Made by a program: the position numbers and the translations under genes
Part shown: piece after piece, positions 1 through 7,420 of the stretch
Numbering within the stretch: the stretch's first letter is position 1
Layout: every line of letters begins with the position of its first letter
Source: Planctomycetota bacterium
Lineage (GTDB): Bacteria; Planctomycetota; SZUA-567; H5-PLA8
DNA: 17,734 nucleotides
Direction: 5' to 3'
Assembly (NCBI GenBank): GCA_045863855.1
Contig: BTVV01000126.1
Span: forward strand, 1 to 17,734
The notes under the pieces: generated by a model
Told to the model about the DNA's origin: nothing
Databases searched by the model: none
The model's input: only the letters and a program-made list of their open reading frames with translations

Positions 1-2
1 AA

Positions 3-164
3 AAGGCGTTGGGGAAGTTGGCGGGGGTGGGCGATCTGAAACCCAAGGCGCTTGACTTCGAGTTTGCGCTGCCGGCCGAGCATGCGGGGTGGCGCGTCGT
101 GGCCGATCCCGATGGAAAGCTGGAAGAGATTTACGAAGGCAACAACCGGGTAGCCGTTCCTTAG
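3..164 (+). CDS. 3' end (partial) of a protein with a C-terminal CARDB/Ig-like domain
   Basis: Frame 3 reads KALGKLAGVGDLKPKALDFEFALPAEHAGWRVVADPDGKLEEIYEGNNRVAVP* with TAG at 162-164. VVADPDGKLEEIYEGNN fits the CARDB-type DPxnxixExxExNN motif. Not in the ORF track because the start lies outside the window. Confidence 0.65.
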   Translation, partial: KALGKLAGVGDLKPKALDFEFALPAEHAGWRVVADPDGKLEEIYEGNNRVAVP

Positions 165-244
165 CCTGCAACGACTTCACAAAAACAGGGATGCATTCGC
201 CCGGACTGAACACATAATAGACCGGCAGGCAGAGGCCGGGCGCG

Positions 245-1138
245 ATGGGCATTTACGACCGCGACTATTCGAGGGAGGAACCCGCCGGCGGGTTGCGCGG
301 GGCGCTGGCGCTTTGGGGTTCCACGCAAGTTCTAATCGCGTTGAATGCGGTGGTGTTCATTCTCTGGTTGGCCGCGCACGACAGCGAAGCGATGGGCGAA
401 TTCATGGCCCGGCACTTCCTGGTCAGCCGCGGCGGGGTGCTGAACGATTTCTATTTCCACACGCTCGTCACCAGTGCGTTTTCGCAGATGGATCTCTGGC
501 ATTTGATTTTCAATATGTACGCGTTGTGGCTCTTCGGCAGGGAATTAGAAACGATCTACGGTCCGCGCAACTTGATTGTCCTCTATTTGCTTTGCGGGAT
601 AGCCGGAAGTTTCGGACATATCGCATGGACTACGGCGCCGGCGTTGGGCGCATCCGGCGCCACCGTGGGCATTACCATCCTGGCCGCAATTTACTATCCC
701 ACCAAGCCGCTTCACATATTCTTCATCAGCATGACGCTGCGTACCTTTGCGATCGTGATCGTATTGATGGATCTGGTCGGGACGCTCCAGGGTGAAGGAC
801 ATGTCGCGCATACGGCGCATCTAGGCGGCACCCTAATGGCGCTGGTGTTCTGGAAGTTCGATCTGCGCGTCTTCAAGGACACGCCGACGGGTAAACTCGG
901 GATGTGGGAGCGTTTCAAAGGTATCTTCCGGCGCAAGCCCAAGCTGCGAGTCGTCAAGCCCGACCCGTTTGCCGACGTACGGATTCCCGACGCCCTGGAG
1001 GCCGAGCCCAGCATCGACTCCAGCACTGCCGCGCGCGTGGACGCCTTGCTGGCCAAGATCAAGCGCGAAGGCATGAACGCGCTTACCGAGGAAGAGCGCG
1101 CCTTTCTGCGCACCAGCAGCGAGAAGTATCGCCGTTAA
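245..1138 (+). CDS. Rhomboid-family intramembrane serine protease with C-terminal DUF6576-like helical tail
   Basis: Several hydrophobic helices, WHLIFNMYALWLFG, catalytic GASG and AHxAHLGG. C-terminal VDALLAKIKREGMNALTEEERAFL. GAGG upstream. Confidence 0.93.
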   Translation: MGIYDRDYSREEPAGGLRGALALWGSTQVLIALNAVVFILWLAAHDSEAMGEFMARHFLVSRGGVLNDFYFHTLVTSAFSQMDLWHLIFNMYALWLFGRELETIYGPRNLIVLYLLCGIAGSFGHIAWTTAPALGASGATVGITILAAIYYPTKPLHIFFISMTLRTFAIVIVLMDLVGTLQGEGHVAHTAHLGGTLMALVFWKFDLRVFKDTPTGKLGMWERFKGIFRRKPKLRVVKPDPFADVRIPDALEAEPSIDSSTAARVDALLAKIKREGMNALTEEERAFLRTSSEKYRR

Positions 1139-1212
1139 GCATTGCCTAACATCCCCGACCATTCGCACTCGCGCTTGATTCCGCTCGATTTTCGGGTGTC
1201 ATGGGGCGCTTC

Positions 1213-2241
1213 ATGACCCAACCACGTTCAAAAGCCGCCGCTTCGGGCCGCACCGCCGGCTTGGGCACCGCTCGCCCCACGCGCAAGCCGCGCGATCCGC
1301 AGCTTGACCGGGCCGTTTACGCAATGGCCCGGCTGGCAATTCTTTGTTTCCGCGCGCTTCCGGCGGGTTGGGCGCCCACGGTCGGCCGGGCTTTAGGTCG
1401 CCTGGGCTGGCGGGTCTCTCGGCGCTACCGCAACCAGGTGCTGCGGCACATGGACATCGCGTTTCGCGACGAATACCCGCGCGCTCAAAAGGAAGCTTGG
1501 TGTCTGAAGTACTTCGAACACACCGGTCTTTCGCTGGTCGAGTTCGCGCGCATGGGAGCCATCACGCAGGAGACCGTCGACTCGGTTGCTGACCTCAGCG
1601 AACTGAAGGCGGTCGATACGCTATTGGCGCAGGGCCATGGCAAAGGCGTTCTTTTTGTGCCCGCACATCATGGGAATTGGGAACTGTCCGGTCATCTGGT
1701 CGGCTTGAAAGGACTCCCGATTCAGTCCGTGGCGCGGCCGCTGGACAATCCCTTGCTCGACGAGATGGTCCGGGAAATGCGCGAGCAGGGCGGGAACCGC
1801 ATCATCGAAAAGTGGAATGTGCTTTGGTATTTGAAGAAGCTGTTGGACCAAGGGCACCTGGTTACCATGTCGATCGATCAAAACGGCGGCGTGGCGGGCT
1901 GTTTTATTCCGGTCTTTGGCACGCCGGCCAGCACCGTAACCAGTCCGGCGGACCTGCAGCTCGCGACCAAGATTCCGCTGGTGGTAGGGACGCTCAACCG
2001 CCAGGCCGACGGCATACGGCACCGCTTCCACCTCTGGGATGTGATTCCGTTCGAACGAACAGGCACCGTGGAAGAGGACAAGGTTCGCATCCTTGCGCGC
2101 ATTCATCGTGCGTACGAAAAGGCCATTCGCGCGTACCCCGAACAATGGCTATGGGTGCACAAACGCTGGAAGACGCGCCCACCGGGCGAGGAGCCGGGAC
2201 CGGATGGCTTGCCGCCGACGGTGCACGCTAAGTCGGAGTAG
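1213..2241 (+). CDS. Lipid A biosynthesis (LpxL/HtrB-like) lysophospholipid acyltransferase
   Basis: HHGNWE acyltransferase motif, RPLDNPLLD, IDQ and terminal YPEQWLWVHKRWK. Start could be ATG 1201 or 1213. Confidence 0.88.
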   Translation: MTQPRSKAAASGRTAGLGTARPTRKPRDPQLDRAVYAMARLAILCFRALPAGWAPTVGRALGRLGWRVSRRYRNQVLRHMDIAFRDEYPRAQKEAWCLKYFEHTGLSLVEFARMGAITQETVDSVADLSELKAVDTLLAQGHGKGVLFVPAHHGNWELSGHLVGLKGLPIQSVARPLDNPLLDEMVREMREQGGNRIIEKWNVLWYLKKLLDQGHLVTMSIDQNGGVAGCFIPVFGTPASTVTSPADLQLATKIPLVVGTLNRQADGIRHRFHLWDVIPFERTGTVEEDKVRILARIHRAYEKAIRAYPEQWLWVHKRWKTRPPGEEPGPDGLPPTVHAKSE

Positions 2242-2249
2242 CCGCAAAA

Positions 2250-2286
2250 GCCGTTTCTCGCTACGGAACGGCCCGCGCTTCTTTTT
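2250..2286. terminator. Possible intrinsic terminator hairpin after the acyltransferase
   Basis: GCCGTTTC-TCGCTAC-GGAACGGC (8-bp stem, one G.U), with AAAA on the left and TTCTTTTT about 6 nt to the right. The U-tract is not directly adjacent. Confidence 0.3.
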
Positions 2287-2361
2287 CGATTTCCTTAACC
2301 GGCCGGCTTCTGCAAACTGAAATCGATTTATTGGCCGCCGGTCCATTTTGGGAGCCAGCCT

Positions 2362-3438
2362 ATGTCCGACGCCCTCGGTTTTCCGCCTACGCTCGAATGG
2401 TGCGGCACGCATTTGCGGCTGCTCGACCAGACGAAACTGCCCGGCGAGGAAACGTACCTCGAGATCCGGTCGGTCGCGGAACTCTGTGATGCGATCCGTC
2501 GCTTGGTGGTGCGGGGTGCTCCGGCCCTGGGCTGTGCGGGCGCGTACGGAGTGATTCTATGTTACCGGGAAGCGTGCAAATGCCGTGGACTGCCGAGCGA
2601 CACCTTTGCGTATCTGATTGGGAAGCTGGCTGACGCTCGTCCGACGGCGGTGAATTTGCGCTGGGCGGTCGAGCGCGTACGCGGCGTATTGGAACCATTC
2701 GACTCGCATCCGCCCGAGGCTCGCGAGAGCGCACTTGAAGCCGAAGCACGCGCGATTCACGAAGAAGATAAGGAGATGTGCGACGCCATCGGCCGGCACG
2801 GCGCGGCGTTGCTCCCGAAGGACGGCGCGACGCTGATGACGCACTGCAATGCGGGTGCGCTGGCGACCGGCGGTTCCGGCACCGCGCTGGCGGTGATGTA
2901 CGCCGCGCAAGCTGCCGGCGTGAAACTTCACGTGTATGCCGACGAAACCCGTCCGCTGCTGCAAGGCGCACGATTGACGGCCTGGGAGCTATCGCGCGCC
3001 GGCATCGACGTGACCGTGATTTGCGACAACATGGCCGCCAGTGTGATGCGCGAGAAGAAACCGGACGCGGTGGTGGTTGGAGCCGACCGCATTGCCGCCA
3101 ACGGCGACGCCGCCAATAAGATCGGAACGTACGGACTTGCGATTCTGGCCAAGCACCACGGGGTTCCGTTTTACATTGCCGCGCCCAGCAGCACGTTCGA
3201 TCTGTCCCTTTCCAGCGGCGCGGAGATCCCCATCGAACAGCGCGCTCGCGACGAGATCGCAAAGCCTTACGGACGGGCGAGCGTGCCCGAAGGGGCACAG
3301 GTCTACAATCCCGCGTTCGACGTGACGCCGGCCGATCTGATCGCCGGGCTGATCACCGAGCGGGGCGTGTTGTTGCCGCCGTACCGCGAAAGCATTCGAA
3401 CGGTGTTGGGAGCCGGATTAAAATCGAATCCGCAGTGA
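2362..3438 (+). CDS. mtnA: S-methyl-5-thioribose-1-phosphate isomerase
   Basis: LLDQTKLP, VRGAPALG, ARPTAVNL, THCNAGALAT, DETRPLLQGARLTAWEL, GADRIAANGDAANKIGTY, NPAFDVTP. GGGAG RBS upstream. Confidence 0.97.
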   Translation: MSDALGFPPTLEWCGTHLRLLDQTKLPGEETYLEIRSVAELCDAIRRLVVRGAPALGCAGAYGVILCYREACKCRGLPSDTFAYLIGKLADARPTAVNLRWAVERVRGVLEPFDSHPPEARESALEAEARAIHEEDKEMCDAIGRHGAALLPKDGATLMTHCNAGALATGGSGTALAVMYAAQAAGVKLHVYADETRPLLQGARLTAWELSRAGIDVTVICDNMAASVMREKKPDAVVVGADRIAANGDAANKIGTYGLAILAKHHGVPFYIAAPSSTFDLSLSSGAEIPIEQRARDEIAKPYGRASVPEGAQVYNPAFDVTPADLIAGLITERGVLLPPYRESIRTVLGAGLKSNPQ

Positions 3439-3503
3439 AACCCGAGCACGTCTGGTTAAGGTCAGGTTCTCGCTTGGGGTCGGGCGACTGGTCAAGCCGG
3501 GTC

Positions 3504-3519
3504 TGGCGCTTCGTTTGAT
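3504..3519 (+). promoter_or_regulatory. Candidate sigma-54 (-24/-12) promoter, -12 GA variant
   Basis: TGGCGC-TTCGT-TTGAT: correct GG-N10-G spacing but A instead of C at -12. Intergenic, upstream of the dioxygenase. Confidence 0.25.
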
Positions 3520-3645
3520 TTGATTCCTGCACAACGAACTTAGGAATAGCTCAGTTTCCCTATGGCCTGCACGGCGCTGCACGGGCTAAGTTTTTGCATG
3601 CCTTCGCGCCATTGGCCGCGCGGGGCCGGATTGAGTGCTCCCGCC

Positions 3646-4530
3646 ATGTCCGCTCCACGCAAGGTTCTCAGCGATGCCGAGATCGAACATTTCATCACGT
3701 ACGGCTTCGTTCACCTCAAAGCATGCTTCCCGCGTTCCGAAGGACAGGCCTTGGTGGCCTCCGCCTTCGAGCGCATGCAGATTGACCCGCACGATCCGCG
3801 CACCTGGAAAGAGTCCAAGCCCAAGTGCGAGGCCACGACAGTGCTGGACGCATCGGAGTTCGCGCCCAAAGCGTATGGCGCGATCTGCGACCTCGTGGGC
3901 GGCGAAGAGCGCTTGCAGCGCCCGGTGATGTGGAACGACGGATTCATCGTCAATCTGAACTGGAAAGCCGACCGGTGGGCTCCGCCATCGCCGGCCAGCG
4001 AAGGCTGGCACATCGACGGCGGCTTTTTCCGCCATTTCCTCGACAGCCCCGAGCAGGCCGTGCTGACGCTCGTGATCTGGTCCGACATCGGTCCGCGCAT
4101 GGGCGGTACGTTCTTTGCTCCCGATTCGATCGCTCCCGTTTCGCGATATTTATCCGCGCATCCGGAAGGCATCGATGCGCATATACCATCTCATGAACTG
4201 ATTCGCGAGTGCGCCGATTTCCGCGAAGCCACGGGGGAGGTCGGCGACGTAATCCTGCTGCATCCTTTCATGCTGCATTCGCCCGCGCCCAATCCCAGCG
4301 GCGTGGCGAGGGTAATCTCCAATCCAGTCGAGCATCTGGTCGCTCCGATGTGCTTCGACCGGCCCGATGCCGCCGACTACAGCCCCACCGAAAGGGCCGT
4401 GCTTAGAGCGCTGAAGGCCGATCGCCATTCCTTTCGGCCGACCCGCGAACGCCGCCGAACTCCGAGCCGCAAGCCCGAACAATTTAAACTGCTGGAAGAG
4501 AGCCGAGCGCGCCGGGCCCGAGCTTCGTAG
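3646..4530 (+). CDS. Phytanoyl-CoA dioxygenase (PhyH)-like Fe(II)/2-oxoglutarate dioxygenase
   Basis: N-terminal LSDAEIEHFITYGFVHL, facial triad WHID...HPFMLH, GEVGDVILLH. ATG 3646 is preferred over 3562 because the family-like sequence starts there. Confidence 0.8.
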   Translation: MSAPRKVLSDAEIEHFITYGFVHLKACFPRSEGQALVASAFERMQIDPHDPRTWKESKPKCEATTVLDASEFAPKAYGAICDLVGGEERLQRPVMWNDGFIVNLNWKADRWAPPSPASEGWHIDGGFFRHFLDSPEQAVLTLVIWSDIGPRMGGTFFAPDSIAPVSRYLSAHPEGIDAHIPSHELIRECADFREATGEVGDVILLHPFMLHSPAPNPSGVARVISNPVEHLVAPMCFDRPDAADYSPTERAVLRALKADRHSFRPTRERRRTPSRKPEQFKLLEESRARRARAS

Positions 4531-4573
4531 CCCGCCTGCGGCAGGATCGGTGCTTGGAAGGCGCGCTTATGCG

Positions 4574-4598
4574 GGCCCGCGACCGAGCGGCGCGGGCC
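4574..4598. repeat. GC-rich inverted repeat (REP-like or terminator-like hairpin)
   Basis: GGCCCGCG-ACCGAGCGG-CGCGGGCC, a perfect 8-bp stem between the dioxygenase and pgsA. No U-tract. Confidence 0.35.
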
Positions 4599-4696
4599 GT
4601 TGGCAGAGGGCGGAAGCGCAGCATCGGAATCTTCAAGCCGTAACGCACATCCTCCCCTTGCCGCCGTAACGCCGCGACCTATCTTTAGCCGTAGCC

Positions 4697-5341
4697 ATGA
4701 ACGTCCCCAACATGCTTACGCTCTTCCGATTGACCAGCGCGCCCATCTTCCTGGCGCTGTTCATCGGTTCGGGCGAACGTGGATTCTTGAGCGCCTGGCT
4801 TTCGCCCCAGACGGGATTGTGGGCGTGCTTGGCCGTCATCGTGCTCAGCGAGGTCAGCGACATTCTCGACGGGATCATCGCGCGCCGATACAACCTCGTC
4901 TCCAACTTCGGGAAGATTCTGGACCCGTATGCAGACAGCACGTTTCGACTGAGCGTCTTCTTCAGCTTCGCCAGCCAAGCCCACGGCAAATGGATTCCGC
5001 TGTGGATGGTGATGATCCTCTTTTATCGCGATCTGCTGGTTACGGTGATCCGCAACTTCGGGATCGAGCAAGGGCAGTTCGTCTCCGCGCGCGCGAGCGG
5101 GAAGATCAAAGCCGTGGCGCAAGGCGGCGTGGCTATCGCGGTCCTGATCATTGCCGCGGTTAAAGGCGAAGAGTGGGTGGCGTACGAATCGAATCACGGC
5201 GAATACGTTTCGGCGATGGCGCATTCCTTGATGTGGCTTGTGACTGCATTCACACTTTGGTCGGCCGTTGATTACGCTTGGGGCAATAAACATCTCTTTG
5301 GCATCGGTTCCGCGCCGGTCGATCAAACCAAACCCGACTAG
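4697..5341 (+). CDS. pgsA: CDP-diacylglycerol--glycerol-3-phosphate 3-phosphatidyltransferase (CDP-alcohol phosphatidyltransferase)
   Basis: MNVPNMLTLFR, signature DILDGIIARRYNLVSNFGKILDPYAD, RDLLVTVIR and GKIKA. Exact substrate not provable from sequence. Confidence 0.85.
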   Translation: MNVPNMLTLFRLTSAPIFLALFIGSGERGFLSAWLSPQTGLWACLAVIVLSEVSDILDGIIARRYNLVSNFGKILDPYADSTFRLSVFFSFASQAHGKWIPLWMVMILFYRDLLVTVIRNFGIEQGQFVSARASGKIKAVAQGGVAIAVLIIAAVKGEEWVAYESNHGEYVSAMAHSLMWLVTAFTLWSAVDYAWGNKHLFGIGSAPVDQTKPD

Positions 5342-5350
5342 TTGACTTTG

Positions 5351-5439
5351 TGTTAAAAATGAACAGATCTAAATAGTCTGTGCTCAAATTCGCCCTGAGT
5401 GTGCAAAAATAAACAACCTGCTCTGCTCCAATCAGCGCA
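5351..5439. promoter_or_regulatory. AT-rich array of candidate enhancer-binding-protein (UAS) sites
   Basis: TGTTAAAAATGAACA (5351-5365, palindromic ends), TGCTCAAATTCG (5381), GTGCAAAAATAAACA (5401-5415), TGCTCCAATCAGCGCA (5424-5439). Starts are 30, 20 and 23 bp apart. Confidence 0.4.
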
Positions 5440-5487
5440 GCCTTGCTATAACATCTCCTAGAGCACCATGTTACGGTTGGCCAAGTG

Positions 5488-5503
5488 TGGCTTTCCATTT
5501 GAT
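5488..5503 (+). promoter_or_regulatory. Candidate sigma-54 (-24/-12) promoter for the kinase/regulator operon
   Basis: TGGCTT-TCCAT-TTGAT (GG-N10-GA), 30 bp before ATG 5534 and downstream of the putative UAS array. Confidence 0.35.
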
Positions 5504-5533
5504 ACCCTACATTTCAAGGCGTGTTGGCGACCC

Positions 5534-7390
5534 ATGGCCCGAAAACACCCGAAGAAGCCACTGACTTTAGGACACGGACGGCACGAACGCGTGAGCAAGA
5601 CGTTGCCCAGTACCTCCAGAACCGAACCGGCTTTGGCCGTCAAAGGCCGCGGGCGACTGGCTTCGTTGACCGGTGTAAGCGAAGCCTTGGGCGCGGACTT
5701 GGCGCCCAAGAAGGCGCTCCAGATGATTCTGGAGGCCGCGCATCGCACGACGCGCGCAAGTTCCGCCAGCTTGATGCTGATTCAGCCCGGCACCGATATC
5801 CTGCAGGTCAAGGTTGCGGAGGGCTTCCATAGCGATTCGATCTTCAAGACGCGCCTGCGCGTCGGCCAAGGCGTTACCGGTTGGGTCGCCGAAACCGGTG
5901 TGCCGCTGCGAATCGGGAACGTCTCGAAGGACACCCGTTACGTCCGCGTGCAAAAGGGTCTGCGCAGCGAAATGGCGGTGCCGCTCAAGTTGCGCGGGCA
6001 AGTGATCGGCGTGATCTCGGTGGACTCGACGCGGCTGAACCATTTTTCCGCGGAGGACGAGGAACTGCTGGTTTCCCTGGCCGCGCATTCGGCTCGGCTG
6101 ATCGAGTCGACGCGGCGGCTGGTTCTGGCCAGGCGGCGGACCAAGGAGTTGCAATTCCTGACACGAGCCGGCCACGAACTGGCCGCGTCGTTGAATCAGC
6201 AGCAGGTGTTGGAAACGCTCGCATCTATGACGGCCGAGCAGTTGCGCGCGCCGCTGGCCGCGGTTTTCCTCCTCAATAAGGAAGGCACCGGCCTGGAATT
6301 GGGCGCCGCGGCGGGTCGTTTGGCGAACGAGCGCGATTGGCCGGAATTTCCGGTGGCGGACTCGTTGCTGTCGCGCGGGTTCGAGAATCCTGCCGAGGTT
6401 CTGGATTTCCCCGATCTGTCTTTCGAGGGTTCCGGCGATGCGGCGCGATCGGCCTTCCTGACCGCCGGTTTTGCGGCTGCTGCAGTGGTACCGCTGAGCG
6501 CGCAGAAAAAGCCCATGGGCGTGCTGCTGGTCTTGCGGCGCAAGCAGCGTGCGCTGGGCAGCGAGAAGCGCCGGGTGCTTGCGGGACTGGCCGCTACCGG
6601 AAGCTTGGCGCTCGAGAATGCCTGCGTACACCGCCGCATGCTCGAAACCGAAGAGCAACTCCGCAAGAGCGAGAAGTCGAGCCTGCTGGTGGAACTTGCC
6701 GGCGCGCTCTCGCACGAAATTCGCAACCCGCTGACCAGCCTTAAGATTCTGTTCGAATCCCTGACCGGTTCGCAAAGCTGGACCGAAGACCAACTCGAAG
6801 ACCAGCAGATGATGCGCCGCCAGATCGAACGGCTGGAACAGATCGTGGAGAGCTACCTGGAAAGCTCCCGCGCCCATGCCACGATCCGCGAGCCCAAGCC
6901 GCTGGATCTCAACGCGGTGATCGACGAGTCGCTATTGCTGTTGGCCACTTCGGCGCACGAAGGAACGCGACTGATGTGCGAACTCGCTGAAGGCGAGTTG
7001 CCGACTACCGGCGATCCGATGCAACTTTCGCAGGCCGTATACAATCTGGTGCTCAACGCGTTGCAGGCCGTCGCTCAGCTCAACCCCAACGGCCGCGGCC
7101 GCGTCGAGATTCGCAGCGGCCGGGTCGATCGCAATGGCGTGCCGGACGAATCGCGCATCTTCTTCGAGGTCGCCGACGATGGACCGGGTCTGGCGCCGGA
7201 AGTCCAGGCTCATCTTTTCGAACCCTTTGTCACGACGAAGCGCGAAGGGGTCGGCCTTGGGCTTTCCATCGTAAAGCGAATCGTCCTCGCCCACGGCGGC
7301 GAGTTGACCGTGGAATCTCCCCGCAAGGATTTAGGCCGGGGCGTACGCTTTCGCGTCACGCTGCCCGGGAGGGAACGCGCCCTGGCGTAA
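5534..7390 (+). CDS. Cytoplasmic GAF-GAF sensor histidine kinase
   Basis: GAF1 (GQGVTGWVAETG...RSEMAVPL...IGVISVDS...FSAEDEELL), GAF2, H-box SHEIRNPL, N-box NLVLNA, DDGPG, FEPFVTTK, GVGLGL. No transmembrane helix seen. ATG 5534 is preferred over 5468. Confidence 0.93.
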   Translation: MARKHPKKPLTLGHGRHERVSKTLPSTSRTEPALAVKGRGRLASLTGVSEALGADLAPKKALQMILEAAHRTTRASSASLMLIQPGTDILQVKVAEGFHSDSIFKTRLRVGQGVTGWVAETGVPLRIGNVSKDTRYVRVQKGLRSEMAVPLKLRGQVIGVISVDSTRLNHFSAEDEELLVSLAAHSARLIESTRRLVLARRRTKELQFLTRAGHELAASLNQQQVLETLASMTAEQLRAPLAAVFLLNKEGTGLELGAAAGRLANERDWPEFPVADSLLSRGFENPAEVLDFPDLSFEGSGDAARSAFLTAGFAAAAVVPLSAQKKPMGVLLVLRRKQRALGSEKRRVLAGLAATGSLALENACVHRRMLETEEQLRKSEKSSLLVELAGALSHEIRNPLTSLKILFESLTGSQSWTEDQLEDQQMMRRQIERLEQIVESYLESSRAHATIREPKPLDLNAVIDESLLLLATSAHEGTRLMCELAEGELPTTGDPMQLSQAVYNLVLNALQAVAQLNPNGRGRVEIRSGRVDRNGVPDESRIFFEVADDGPGLAPEVQAHLFEPFVTTKREGVGLGLSIVKRIVLAHGGELTVESPRKDLGRGVRFRVTLPGRERALA

Positions 7391-7420
7391 GAGGGGCCGG
7401 AAGGCAACGGGAGTCCCAAC

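Noticed and set aside
5478..5492. TGGCCAAGTGTGGC as a sigma-54 promoter
   Set aside because: GG to GC spacing is one base short of the strict -24/-12 requirement.
5567..6877. 436-aa minus-strand ORF (also 7808-8746, 13140-14456, 2387-3298 and similar)
   Set aside because: Antisense shadows of well-supported genes in GC-rich DNA, with no recognisable motifs.
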